NCBI GenBank assembly: GCA_945788155.1
Contig: CALZKX010000218.1
Location: 46,198-110,197, forward strand
Length of the DNA stretch: 64,000 nucleotides
Source: an uncultured Flavobacteriaceae bacterium
Lineage (GTDB): Bacteria; Bacteroidota; Bacteroidia; Flavobacteriales; Flavobacteriaceae
Direction: 5' to 3'
Part shown: piece by piece, positions 37,953 through 48,338 of the stretch
How the letters are laid out: every line of letters begins with the position of its first letter
Numbering within the stretch: position 1 is the first letter of the stretch
Position numbers and translations under genes: made by a program
Notes under the pieces: generated by a model
Told to the model about the DNA's origin: nothing
The model's database searches: none
Seen by the model: only the letters and a program-made list of their open reading frames with translations

Positions 37953-39342
37953 TTTGAGGTAACAGGTTTGGATTTAATATTAACTCTGATTCAGGTATAG
38001 GAAATAGTATATCCGTACTTTGCCAATTGGGTTTAATGGGAGGTAATACACTTGATGCCCTCCCTGTTCGTTTTAGATCAAAAAAACGATGTCCTTGCTC
38101 ACTGAAAAATTCTATTCTCCTTTCCTGAAGAATGGCATTTAAAACATCATTTTGATTCAAAGACGTAATCGGTGCTAAGGATGCTCTGTTCCTAATGGCA
38201 TTTAGAAAATCTAAAGCTTCGGGTAAATTACCTAGTTGTGCATGAGCTTCTGCAGCAATGAGATATAATTCCGTAAGTCTCAATAAGATGGAGTATTCTT
38301 CAGTAGTTCCAGTTGGTATGTTGAGTTTGTATTTAAAAGGATAATACCAAGTCTCTACGCCATCAGTTACTGAACCGACCCAATTGTTGAATCTGGCATC
38401 GCCTGATTCAAAGTCGTTTATTAAATAGTTTGATATGGCAGAGTTAGGTGGTGGCGTAGTAACAAAAATAAAAGTGCCAGCTTCTCTGGTGTTATTACCC
38501 GCCATTCCAACATCCAATTGCCATAGGGTTTCGGTACTGCTTTTCAAGAATACTTCAGATAATTCGGTATTTAAGGTGTAGCTTCCATCAGTAATTACAC
38601 TGGAAGCCTCAGTAAGAGCCAATTGCCAATTTTCAGTATAGAGATATACTCTAGATAACATTGCAGAGGCTACCCAATAGTTGGGGCGTAAATTTGCAAA
38701 ACTAAGGTCTGCTTCCGGAAGTAAGTCCTTGGCATTTAACAGGTCTTCAATAATCTTTTGAGAGACTACGCCCTCATTGAGTCGGCTCACTTCACTATTG
38801 ATTCTATAGTCAGTTGAGTCGATATAAGGAATAGGTCCAAACAAATTTGTTAAATAAAAATGAAGAAATCCTCTTAAAAAGTAAGCTTCTCCTAACAAGC
38901 GTGATTTATCATCTGGAGATATTTCGGTGGAGTTTTCAACACCCTCTAAGATTCTATTTGTGGCGTAAATGAGATTATAACTTGTGTCCCACCACTTTTT
39001 TATAGAACTGTCGGATGCTAATACATTATTATTCGAATAATTTTGAACTTCTGGCAAAATGGCACTATAAAGTGTCAGTTCATCTGTATAATGTCCCAAT
39101 CGATAAGAAAGACCTGAAAGACCACCATCAGTAAAAGCGTTTTCTCTTAATTGGCTATATATGTGTGCAAATGCTGCATCAACAGTTGTGACATCTTCAA
39201 AAACCTCTGTTCCGATTAATTGATTATTGGGTGGCTCAATGTCTACAAAATCTTCGCATGAAGTGAACATTAGGGCAATCAGTAATAGAATACTAAAAGG
39301 CAGTACTCTAGAAATTTTAAATGGTATGTAAATCAATTTCAT
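37939..39342 (-). CDS. susD: SusD/RagB outer-membrane lipoprotein
   Basis: Lipobox FTSC, GEAYFLR, ERRIEFFSEQGHRFFDLKR, NPNL..QN. Confidence 0.92.
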   Translation of the reverse strand: MKLIYIPFKISRVLPFSILLLIALMFTSCEDFVDIEPPNNQLIGTEVFEDVTTVDAAFAHIYSQLRENAFTDGGLSGLSYRLGHYTDELTLYSAILPEVQNYSNNNVLASDSSIKKWWDTSYNLIYATNRILEGVENSTEISPDDKSRLLGEAYFLRGFLHFYLTNLFGPIPYIDSTDYRINSEVSRLNEGVVSQKIIEDLLNAKDLLPEADLSFANLRPNYWVASAMLSRVYLYTENWQLALTEASSVITDGSYTLNTELSEVFLKSSTETLWQLDVGMAGNNTREAGTFIFVTTPPPNSAISNYLINDFESGDARFNNWVGSVTDGVETWYYPFKYKLNIPTGTTEEYSILLRLTELYLIAAEAHAQLGNLPEALDFLNAIRNRASLAPITSLNQNDVLNAILQERRIEFFSEQGHRFFDLKRTGRASSVLPPIKPNWQSTDILFPIPESELILNPNLLPQNEGY

Positions 39343-39351
39343 AATATTGTT

Positions 39352-42300
39352 TTAAAAGGTTAATTGAGTTCCTATGGAGATGAATCGCAATGGAGGTAAG
39401 GTTTGATTATTACGTGTTTCTGGGTCTAAACCAATATAATTGGTAAGTGTCCAAAGATTCTGGCCTCTTATAAATAAGTCACATCCAAAGCCCAGATCTT
39501 CTCGTTTTGATAGTTGATATGATAGCGACAAGGTTTTTAATCTTAAAAAGGACGCATCGGTGATCCCAGCATCACTTCGCTGATAATTTTGGAATGCTTG
39601 AAAACCTTCAGGATTTAGTCCAGTTGTAAATTGCTGTATATCGGTTTGGTCTCCCTCATTCTGCCATCGTTGCAATACAAGATTGGGTTGATTTGCCATT
39701 GCTCCGGGCAATACACCACCAGTAGACCAGAAATTGTAGCCCTGTTGCTTAGTAAACTGAAATAAGATATCCAGTGAGAACTTTCTATAAGACAAGCTAT
39801 TGCTAATCCCACCAAAGTATTTTGGATTAAGGTCTTTGATTACTTGGCGATCATCTGGACTGGATATGATGCCATCCCCATTAAAATCCTCGAATTCATA
39901 AAATCCAGTTTCTGAACTCACTCCATTTAATTGATACACCTTTATAATGTTTAGAGGCTCACCAATGACCAGCTGATTGGCGTATGTTGATCCTTCTAAA
40001 TCTGGAAATGAAAGTAATTTGTTTTTAGGAAAAGTAATATTAAATGAGGTTGACCACTTGAAATTGTCATTGTTCACATTGATGGTGTTCAGTTCAAATT
40101 CCCAACCCGTATTTTCTACGGTTGCGTTTAGATTCGCATTGATTGAACTAAAACCTGTAGTTGCAGGAAGAGGAATACCCACAAGTTGATTGGATGACCG
40201 ATTTCGATAAAAATTACTACTCACCAAAATGCGATCTTTTAAAATACCGAGCTCTAATGAAAGCTCTAATTTTTTATTTGATTCCCAACTATAGTCTGGA
40301 TTAAACAGGCGCGTAGGGAATAAGCCAATTGTATTTTGGTATTGTGCGCTTCCAAAAGAATAGGTGTCTAAATATTGATAATCACCTATTTGGTCATTCC
40401 CCGACGTGCCGTAACTAGCTTTTAATTTTCCAAAACTTATAAAAGGAACACTGTTTTTAATTATGTTTTCTTCAGAAAATATCCAAGCAGCTCCAATAGC
40501 TCCAAAATTAGAAAACCGCTTATTTGTTCCAAAACGACTAGAGCCGTCTCTCCGCCCTGTAAAATTTACTATATACTTTCCTTTATGATTTAGATTGATG
40601 CGTCCAAAAACAGCTTGATAGCGGTATTGTTCTTCAATATCAGCGATGGGAAAAAAAGTTGAAGCTGCAGAAATGTTTTCTATAAAATTGTTGTTTGAAA
40701 ACCCAAATGCAAACTGCGATATACGACTGTCCTTTTGGTCTTGAAATGATAGCCCTGCTAATGCTTCAATTTTAGTGTCCTTCAAATCGTAACTCCAATG
40801 TAATTGTGGTTCTATTATCCAAGAGGTTCTTTGAGATGCATTGTGCACCGCATAAGAAGATTCAGGCCCTACACCATAAGCTGGGTCATAAATGGTTGAC
40901 GGAACCATGTTGATTTCTTTTAAATGGTTTTCGGTATAACCAAAGTTTGTTGTGAATCTTAAGGTGTTCAGTATGTTATAATCAAGGCTAACATTGCTGA
41001 TGAGTGTTGAAGCATTTGCATCATACATGCCTTCGAACCTACTCAAAGGATTACTCCATGTTGAGTTTTCCCAATTTAAACCCCCGTCCTCGTTATATAA
41101 TTCTGGGGCATTGGGAGCTAGGGTTAAAGCTTGTAAAACTAGCAAACCATCACCTGGTAAGTTGTTCTGGTTGGAGGTGTAGCTAGAGGAAAACTGAAGG
41201 GAAAGTTTATCATTTTTTGATTTATGATTCAAATTGGCAAGTGCCGATATTTTGTTATTATTGAAATCCCCTGGAAAGACACTGGTTTGTTTATGGGCAG
41301 TACCGCTAACCAAAAAGCGAGTCTGTTGATTGCCACCTGATATAGAGCCTTGAAAATTCGTGAGGTAAGAGGTTTTTCCAAATAATACCTTTTGCCAGTC
41401 AGTTTCCCTAGTGTCATCCCAAGTACCATTAATATCGTAAGCATTGAAAGGAAGCGGGTCAATACCATCATTGGCATAAGCTTCTCTCCTCATGGCTAAA
41501 TAGTCAGACGTATTGAGTAAATCAAGGGTATTGGAAACTGTTCCCAAACCAGATAAAATATTAAACTGCACTTTCGTGTCTCCATATTTACCTTTTTTTG
41601 TGGTTATCAATACAACTCCATTGGCACCACGAGAGCCATAAATTGCGGTAGCATCTGCATCTTTTAGAATTTCAATGCTCTCTATATCTGTGGGATTAAT
41701 ATTGTTGAGTGGGCTTATCGAACCTGGAATAATAATGGAGGCTTGTTCTTCTCCTAAACTAGACGACGAATAGGGTACACCATCAATCACGTATAGGGGA
41801 TCGTTTCCACCATTACGGATACTATTCTGGCCTCTAATTTTAATATCAAACCCTGCACCAGTCACCCCTGAAGTTTGAGTGATTTCCACTCCTGACACCC
41901 TACCTTGGAGTGCGGCCAAAGGATTTGAGATTGGTTGCTGTTCTATTTCTTTTTCTGTTACTTTTACAATACTTCCAGTGCTTTCTTTTTCTTTTACAGA
42001 ATAATATCCAGCATTGAGCGTCACAACATCTAACTGGGTAACATCCTCTTGTAACTGCACATTAATTTCTTGTCTGCTATCAATGGGTATTGTTTGTGTA
42101 ACAAAACCAAGAAAAGAAAAGACAAGTGTGTCGTTTGGGTTGGCTTTTATGGTATATGAGCCATCTATTTGAGATATGGCTCCTTCTTTAGTGTTCTGAA
42201 CCATTATAAGTACACCAGATATAGGTAAACCATTAATGTCGGTAATTATACCTTTAATTTCGATAGGATCTTGTTTTAATGGTTTAGGCTCCTTACGGCT

Positions 42301-42684
42301 AATGGTTATATAGTTATCTTTTGTAGTTGTAATTTTAAAATCCGTTTTGGTAAGACACTGTTGTAATAATTTTATAACCTTGATGGTGCCCTTTTTAATG
42401 GCTACATCTGGTACGTCTCGCAAAATATCAGATTGGTAAATGAATGTGCATTCTGTTTGTTTTCCTATCAGTTCTAAAACCTCGTAAATGGTCATGGTTT
42501 TATCTGAATCAATGACGACTTTCTCATTTTGCGAAAAGATCGTGCTTGACGAAAGACTAAAAACAGTAGTACAACATAAGAGTAGTAAAGTTTTCACAAT
42601 AAACTTTGAAATTTCTTTCCATCGAAAGAAAAGCGTGTTTGTTAATTTTATTTGCATAAATTTGCGTATTAGTTGGTGTAACAC
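39352..42684 (-). CDS. susC: SusC/RagA TonB-dependent transporter with N-terminal STN extension
   Basis: PLYVIDGVP, IESIEILKDADATAIYGSRGANGVVLITTK, C-terminal F; exact start uncertain. Confidence 0.95.
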   Translation of the reverse strand: MLHQLIRKFMQIKLTNTLFFRWKEISKFIVKTLLLLCCTTVFSLSSSTIFSQNEKVVIDSDKTMTIYEVLELIGKQTECTFIYQSDILRDVPDVAIKKGTIKVIKLLQQCLTKTDFKITTTKDNYITISRKEPKPLKQDPIEIKGIITDINGLPISGVLIMVQNTKEGAISQIDGSYTIKANPNDTLVFSFLGFVTQTIPIDSRQEINVQLQEDVTQLDVVTLNAGYYSVKEKESTGSIVKVTEKEIEQQPISNPLAALQGRVSGVEITQTSGVTGAGFDIKIRGQNSIRNGGNDPLYVIDGVPYSSSSLGEEQASIIIPGSISPLNNINPTDIESIEILKDADATAIYGSRGANGVVLITTKKGKYGDTKVQFNILSGLGTVSNTLDLLNTSDYLAMRREAYANDGIDPLPFNAYDINGTWDDTRETDWQKVLFGKTSYLTNFQGSISGGNQQTRFLVSGTAHKQTSVFPGDFNNNKISALANLNHKSKNDKLSLQFSSSYTSNQNNLPGDGLLVLQALTLAPNAPELYNEDGGLNWENSTWSNPLSRFEGMYDANASTLISNVSLDYNILNTLRFTTNFGYTENHLKEINMVPSTIYDPAYGVGPESSYAVHNASQRTSWIIEPQLHWSYDLKDTKIEALAGLSFQDQKDSRISQFAFGFSNNNFIENISAASTFFPIADIEEQYRYQAVFGRINLNHKGKYIVNFTGRRDGSSRFGTNKRFSNFGAIGAAWIFSEENIIKNSVPFISFGKLKASYGTSGNDQIGDYQYLDTYSFGSAQYQNTIGLFPTRLFNPDYSWESNKKLELSLELGILKDRILVSSNFYRNRSSNQLVGIPLPATTGFSSINANLNATVENTGWEFELNTINVNNDNFKWSTSFNITFPKNKLLSFPDLEGSTYANQLVIGEPLNIIKVYQLNGVSSETGFYEFEDFNGDGIISSPDDRQVIKDLNPKYFGGISNSLSYRKFSLDILFQFTKQQGYNFWSTGGVLPGAMANQPNLVLQRWQNEGDQTDIQQFTTGLNPEGFQAFQNYQRSDAGITDASFLRLKTLSLSYQLSKREDLGFGCDLFIRGQNLWTLTNYIGLDPETRNNQTLPPLRFISIGTQLTF

Positions 42685-42746
42685 CGATTAATGATATAAG
42701 GGGATTTAGCTTTGTACTGTCTAGGTAGTGGCTTTATTCCCTTTTC

Positions 42747-43904
42747 TTATTTAATTGTAATTGTCTTGTTTTCTATCTCATAGGTATTTATAAATTTTGT
42801 ATTCTTAATTCCATTTAAAATGTCAGATATGGTTTGATTTTTATTCAATACACCGTTAAACTTAACTTTTTCGAGTGCTGTATTTCCGAAGTACACTTCT
42901 ACATCATACCATCTAGAAAGTACAAGCATGATATCTTTTAAAGGTTTATCCTTAAAACTAAACAGTCCTTTTGTCCATGAGATATAATAACTCACATCTA
43001 CTGGAGATGTAACTATATTTTTGTCTTCTTTATTTAGAATAGATTGCATACCTGGGTTTAAGTATTCGGTTGTTTTACCTGTTGTAACGGTGACCACACC
43101 TTCAACCAATGTGGTATAAACATAATTTTCATCCGCATAAGCCTTTATATTGAATTTTGTACCTAGAACTTCCACGTCTTGCATTTGCGAGATTACTTTA
43201 AATGGCATGTTATTATTGACTTTACTTGATGACACATCAAAGTAAGCCTCGCCATAAACTAATTCAACATTGCGAGGCTCTCCTTCTTTAAATGTTACTG
43301 GATATTTTAATTTAGAATCTGAGTTTAGCCACACCTTTGTGTTATCGGATAGTTTGATTTGAAACTGTCCTCCCCTTGGAACCGTGAGGTAGTTATAACT
43401 GGTTTCTGAAACTGCTTTATGTTCGTTAGCATATATCAATTGTTCGCCGTTACTATGCACGGTTTTAGTTTTGTAAGAGCTTCCTTTTTCCAAAAAAATG
43501 TCAGAACCATCGTTTAAGGTTAAGGTTGCCTTATTTATTCCAATCTCAATTTTAGTATCAGCCACTTTAGAATCCAAAACCTTTTGGGAGTGCTGGATGC
43601 TAATTGCATAAACTAACGAGACCAACAGAATAATGGAAGCTGCTATTTTATAAGCTTGAATCTTTGATGCTTTTTTATTAGGTTTTATATTACTTGATAC
43701 TTTCTTCCAATCCTTTTCTTTATCAATTTGGTTGAGAATTTCTATATTCTTTTTTATTTCTTCATGGGATAAGTTTTGCTGAATATGAATTTTAGCTTCC
43801 TCACTAAACAAATCTGTGTCTTCCAGCTCTGTTAGACTTTTGTCTTTCAACAAAGCTTGAGACGTTTTTTTACTAAGCTTATATATTCTATCAAAAATGG
43901 TCAT
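42747..43904 (-). CDS. FecR-family anti-sigma factor
   Basis: LSDNTKVWLNSDS, GEAYF, VLGTKFN, L.RWY. Confidence 0.92.
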   Translation of the reverse strand: MTIFDRIYKLSKKTSQALLKDKSLTELEDTDLFSEEAKIHIQQNLSHEEIKKNIEILNQIDKEKDWKKVSSNIKPNKKASKIQAYKIAASIILLVSLVYAISIQHSQKVLDSKVADTKIEIGINKATLTLNDGSDIFLEKGSSYKTKTVHSNGEQLIYANEHKAVSETSYNYLTVPRGGQFQIKLSDNTKVWLNSDSKLKYPVTFKEGEPRNVELVYGEAYFDVSSSKVNNNMPFKVISQMQDVEVLGTKFNIKAYADENYVYTTLVEGVVTVTTGKTTEYLNPGMQSILNKEDKNIVTSPVDVSYYISWTKGLFSFKDKPLKDIMLVLSRWYDVEVYFGNTALEKVKFNGVLNKNQTISDILNGIKNTKFINTYEIENKTITIK

Positions 43905-43961
43905 GACATGCTTCTTTATAATGCCAAAACGTAAAAAGTTAAAAAGGGAGTGAAAGAAATT

Positions 43962-44504
43962 TTAAAAAAAAGTAAAAAAACTATTTAAATGGCTTAGAGC
44001 ATTTCTTAGTTTTTTATAGGCAATACGCTTTTGTGTCTTAACGGTATTGATCGTTATAGATAGTTCTTCAGCTATTTCATTATTGGTATATTCATTTAAA
44101 CTAAACCTCAGGATCTGTTCACATTTATTGGGTAGCGATTTCATTGCACTTTCCAAATTTGCATAAACATCAACAATTACCATTTCACTTAAAAAATGTT
44201 CTTTGGTCTGGATTTTATAAAAGTCAGTATCTGGAGTTATTATCGTGTTTTTATGGTATTTACTACGTAAATAATCCAGAGATTTATTTTTAACAGAAGT
44301 GTACAGAAACGATTTAATGGCATTGTAGTTTGGGTGGGAAACTTTACGCTCCCAAGTTTTAATAAACACGTCTTGAACCACATCCTTAGAGGTGTCTAAA
44401 TCTTTTAAATACCTATTGGCAAATAGACATAGGGAAGGGTATAAGTCATCAAAGAGTGCCTTATATGATTCATTACTTAGCAAGTGTAACTTATCCTTGG
44501 ACAT
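43962..44504 (-). CDS. ECF sigma-70 factor (Bacteroidota FecI-like)
   Basis: DVVQDVF..W, LY..VKN, EIAEEL.ITINTVKTQ. Confidence 0.92.
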   Translation of the reverse strand: MSKDKLHLLSNESYKALFDDLYPSLCLFANRYLKDLDTSKDVVQDVFIKTWERKVSHPNYNAIKSFLYTSVKNKSLDYLRSKYHKNTIITPDTDFYKIQTKEHFLSEMVIVDVYANLESAMKSLPNKCEQILRFSLNEYTNNEIAEELSITINTVKTQKRIAYKKLRNALSHLNSFFTFF

Positions 44505-44519
44505 ATTCCATTGGTTTTA

Positions 44520-44544
44520 AAGGAAATCATTTAATGATTTCCTT
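44520..44544. promoter_or_regulatory. Perfect 11-bp inverted repeat upstream of ECF sigma start
   Basis: AAGGAAATCAT-TTA-ATGATTTCCTT. Confidence 0.5.
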
Positions 44545-44619
44545 ATAAACTTCGAGCATCAAGCGTTAATGACTAAAAACTCCCCAATGTTTTCTGATTT
44601 CAGGATATGCTAAATAATT

Positions 44620-44746
44620 GGGCGTGATACTCAACTTACCACGTCAGAGGTACTGGTATACCGTGCAACGATAAGAGAGCTCACGCCCGGGACGTGAGCC
44701 TATCTACTTATCATCTCGTTGCAAAAATTACCAGTTTTCTAACGTG
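44620..44746 (-). ncRNA. Putative structured leader RNA (long nested hairpin)
   Basis: GC-rich segment with at least five nested complementary pairs, downstream of a TAnnTTTG promoter on the minus strand. Confidence 0.55.
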
Positions 44747-44811
44747 AGATTCAAAGCGATGGCTTCAAATATTTTCTAATACGAAGAATCGCAAATGTAT
44801 GATATCTAATA

Positions 44812-44819
44812 CAAATATA
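44812..44819 (-). promoter_or_regulatory. Bacteroidota sigmaA -7 element TATATTTG
   Basis: Plus strand CAAATATA matches TAnnTTTG on minus, facing the leader and ECF operon. Confidence 0.55.
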
Positions 44820-44834
44820 TAAAAAAAGTTTACT

Positions 44835-44854
44835 CATGGGCTTAAAGACCCATG
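44835..44854. promoter_or_regulatory. Palindromic operator CATGGG-N8-CCCATG
   Basis: Lies between the minus-strand promoter and the XRE gene start. Confidence 0.5.
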
Positions 44855-44900
44855 TTTTTTTGTGAGAATCTATAGAGATTGTCCAGAGACCTTATAAAGA

Positions 44901-45152
44901 ATGGATTCGGAGTTTAAGAAAAAAGATTTTTTGTTACTAGTTGGGAAACAAATTGACAATATCAGAGAGGAAAAAGGATTTAGCTATGAAAGAATTTCAC
45001 AAGGCTGTACTTTAGATGCCAGTGATATTAGTAAAATAGCTAAAGGACGTGTAAACATTATGTTATCTAGTGTTATGGAGCTATCAAAAGGGTTAGAAAT
45101 ACATCCTAAGGAATTATTCGATTTTATATTGGACAATGACGATTGCATGTAG
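44901..45152 (+). CDS. XRE-family HTH regulator
   Basis: IREEKGFSY..IS......ISKI..G..N...L..GLEIHPKELF. Confidence 0.85.
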   Translation: MDSEFKKKDFLLLVGKQIDNIREEKGFSYERISQGCTLDASDISKIAKGRVNIMLSSVMELSKGLEIHPKELFDFILDNDDCM

Positions 45153-45209
45153 GTTAACTTTTTCAATACTTTAAAAAAATGCCAGTTAAAGAATTTAAAA
45201 CTATTCTAA

Positions 45210-45341
45210 TTACTTCTTTTTTCGCCATTGTTTTGTGAACTCATCTTCTTCTACTCCTAATGGAAACAGCACATAATACCATAAGCAATTTAGATAATAG
45301 CGTATGATTCTAATCCATCTTGGGAGTTTTGATTTTGGCAT
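45210..45341 (-). CDS. Putative 43-aa small protein MPKSKLPRWIRIIRYYLNCLWYYVLFPLGVEEDEFTKQWRKKK
   Basis: Translated manually; ATG preceded by AT-rich TTAACTTTAAACC typical of Bacteroidota starts. Confidence 0.35.
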   Translation of the reverse strand: MPKSKLPRWIRIIRYYLNCLWYYVLFPLGVEEDEFTKQWRKKK

Positions 45342-45727
45342 GGTTTAAAGTTAATAAATACAATAGTAAAAAAACAAATCTTGTCGGATTGTCCAGAAAC
45401 TATTTTATGAAAGTATTAAATCTCGTTTATATCAAATACTAGTAATTGCATTTAATTGGAATTTTTTTTAACACTTATAATTTGGCTAAAATGTTGAAAG
45501 CATCCGTATACCGTACTCAAGGTAGTTTTTAATCTGCAAAAAATCGCTTAGATTTGTAGGTATAGATATAATAGATATATAATCACCATTACCTATATAC
45601 ATACGTTACCACACATAGAATATACTAGACTCATTATTAGTAGATTAAAAACTTAATAAAAGAAAAATACATTTTTATGTGATTTTTTAAATACTTCAGA
45701 TACTAATAGAGTGTAATTAATCTTTCA

Positions 45728-46213
45728 ATGCATACAAAAAAGGAGTTTATTCAAGATATAAAAGAAAACGAAGGCATTATTTATAAAATCGCAAGGATTT
45801 ATTCAAATAATACCGAAGATCAAAAAGATTTATACCAAGAAATTGTGTATCAACTTTGGAAATCTTACAGTTCTTTTAAAGAGAATTCTAAAATCAGTAC
45901 TTGGATGTATCGCATTGCATTAAATACTGCTATCAGCAATTTGAAAAAAGAAAAAAGAAAAGGATCTCGAGTATCAATAGACAATTTTCCTTTAAATCAA
46001 ATGGATCAAGTAGATACTGTAATGGAAGAACGAATTGCACTTTTATATGCGCATATAAAAAAACTCAGTATTGTTGAAAGAGGAATCATACTTCTTCATT
46101 TAGAAGGTAAAAATTATGATGAAATAGCGACAATCACTGGATTTACAAATACGAATATTGGTACACGTTTAGCTAGAATTAAACAAAAAATAAAATCTCA
46201 AATTAAACAATAA
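45728..46213 (+). CDS. ECF sigma-70 factor
   Basis: DLYQEIVYQLW, TWMYRIALN, YDEIA..G....GTRL.R. Confidence 0.92.
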   Translation: MHTKKEFIQDIKENEGIIYKIARIYSNNTEDQKDLYQEIVYQLWKSYSSFKENSKISTWMYRIALNTAISNLKKEKRKGSRVSIDNFPLNQMDQVDTVMEERIALLYAHIKKLSIVERGIILLHLEGKNYDEIATITGFTNTNIGTRLARIKQKIKSQIKQ

Positions 46214-46220
46214 TAACATA

Positions 46221-46817
46221 ATGGAACTTGAAGAAATGAAATCCCTTTGGGAAGATATGAGTCAGAAAGTTGACCAACAAAAAGTATTGACAGATAAGTT
46301 AATCATTGATATGACACAAGAACGTTATGCAAATAAATTGCGTCGCATTTCGATCCCAGAAACTATAGCTGCATTAATTTGTTTTGCCGTGGTAGTATAT
46401 GTCATTAGTAATTTTGGATTATTGGATGTTTGGTATCTACAACTTTCAGGGATTATTACAATTGTTTCTTGTTTAATATTACCAGTTCTTTCATTAAAAT
46501 CTATTCAAAAAATGAAAGCTATTAATATTTCTAAAAATACGTATAAAGAATCTTTAATTACCTATGCTAAAGGAGAAACAAAATTTATGCTAATACAAAA
46601 AGTTAGTTTTTATGTTAGTTTTTTAGTACTTATATCATCCGTTATTGCATTTGGTAAAATCATGAAAGGCATTGATGTTTTTACAATGACAGAAAAACTG
46701 AATTGGTTAGTTCCTTCAGGAATTGGAGTCTTATTTATATTTACGCAGTGGGTGTTAAAAAATTATAAGAAAGCAACAACTTCGGCAAATAACATATTGA
46801 AGGAACTAGAATACTAA
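46221..46817 (+). CDS. Membrane protein, putative anti-sigma factor
   Basis: MELEEMKSLW start, four TM helices, directly after ECF gene. Confidence 0.65.
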   Translation: MELEEMKSLWEDMSQKVDQQKVLTDKLIIDMTQERYANKLRRISIPETIAALICFAVVVYVISNFGLLDVWYLQLSGIITIVSCLILPVLSLKSIQKMKAINISKNTYKESLITYAKGETKFMLIQKVSFYVSFLVLISSVIAFGKIMKGIDVFTMTEKLNWLVPSGIGVLFIFTQWVLKNYKKATTSANNILKELEY

Positions 46818-46926
46818 TTCTTTTATAATCAAATAATCACAAATAATTAACGTATTGTTTTCTATTCTGAATTTTGTTCGGATAGGGGAAATACATTCAA
46901 ATTTTAACAAATTTAAATATCATAAA

Positions 46927-48327
46927 ATGAAAAGGACACACATAACAATCGCCATACTTTTATACTCAGTTTTGAGTTTTTCTCAAGACATTACTGGAAA
47001 ATGGCATGGAACAGCAATACTAGGAGAAGACAAAGAAATCAGTTTTATTTTTAACATAGAAAACACTGAAAATAAATATATGACCAATATTGAAATTCCA
47101 ACCCAAAGAATGTCTGGTTTAAAACCTCAAAAAACATCTTTTAAAGATGGAACATTATTTATTGATGGAGCAAACTTGGGAATAAAGTACGAAGGAAAGT
47201 TTAATGAAAAGACACAACAATTTGAAGGAACTTTTACTGAAGGTCTTAATGCGCTTCCTTTGATTTTAAAAAGAGGTAAAATCAAATTAGAAAAGGCTAA
47301 TAAAAGACCTCAAGAACCTGTAAAACCATACCCATACAATGAAGAAGAAGTAGTTTTCGAAAATAAAGAGGCTCATGTGTCACTTTCTGGAACATTGACT
47401 TTACCTCGTAACAAGGAAAAATCTCCTGTGGTTATTTTAATCAGCGGTAGCGGACCACAAGATAGAGATGAAACTGTTGCAAATCATAAACCTTTTTGGA
47501 TCCTTGCTGATTATTTAACCCGACAGGGAATTGCAGTATTACGATATGATGATCGTGGTTTTGGAACTTCAACGGGAAATTTCAGCAGTGCAACAACAAA
47601 AGATTTTTCTACAGATGTAGTTAGTGCTGTTAATTACTTAAAATCAAGAACAGACATTGATTCAAATAATATAGGTTTAATAGGTCATAGTGAAGGTGGT
47701 ATTATTGCTCCTCTTGCTGCAAATCAAACAAAAGATGTTTCTTTTATAGTATTGCTCGCTTCTACTGGAATTCTTGGAAGTGAACTATCGCTAATACAAT
47801 CAAAAACAATGAGACCTTTTCCTGTGCCAGATGAAGATGCTTATGAAGAAGCCATCCGAAAAGCTATTAAAATTGCAGCCTCAGATAAAGAAATATCAGC
47901 TATTAAAAGTGAACTTACAACACATTACAATACTACCATTGCTCCAATACTAAAACCTTTGGTTGGAAATGATGCTAAAGTTTCAGAAATTATTAAAGGT
48001 TTAATTGAAATGAGAACTACACCTTGGATTCGTTATTTTTATAACTACAACCCTGCCAATGAAATTGAAAAATTAAGTATTCCTGTCTTATCCTTAAATG
48101 GAACTAATGATACACAAGTATCCGCAGAAATAAATCAAAAAGGAATTAAAGATGCTTTAATTACAGGAGAGAATAAGGACTATAAAATTCTAAAATTAAA
48201 AGGTTTAAATCACTTTTTTCAAGAAAGCAAAACAGGTAAAATTGATGAGTACAGTAAAATAGAACAGACATTTTCTCCAATAGCATTGAAAGAAATATCA
48301 AACTGGATTTTAGCACATCTTAAATAA
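46927..48327 (+). CDS. Secreted alpha/beta hydrolase (S9/S15-like)
   Basis: SGSGPQDRD, RYDDRG, GHSEGG, D.QV, LNH.FQ; signal peptide from ATG 46927 (MKRTH). Confidence 0.88.
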   Translation: MKRTHITIAILLYSVLSFSQDITGKWHGTAILGEDKEISFIFNIENTENKYMTNIEIPTQRMSGLKPQKTSFKDGTLFIDGANLGIKYEGKFNEKTQQFEGTFTEGLNALPLILKRGKIKLEKANKRPQEPVKPYPYNEEEVVFENKEAHVSLSGTLTLPRNKEKSPVVILISGSGPQDRDETVANHKPFWILADYLTRQGIAVLRYDDRGFGTSTGNFSSATTKDFSTDVVSAVNYLKSRTDIDSNNIGLIGHSEGGIIAPLAANQTKDVSFIVLLASTGILGSELSLIQSKTMRPFPVPDEDAYEEAIRKAIKIAASDKEISAIKSELTTHYNTTIAPILKPLVGNDAKVSEIIKGLIEMRTTPWIRYFYNYNPANEIEKLSIPVLSLNGTNDTQVSAEINQKGIKDALITGENKDYKILKLKGLNHFFQESKTGKIDEYSKIEQTFSPIALKEISNWILAHLK

Positions 48328-48338
48328 TACATAAATAC

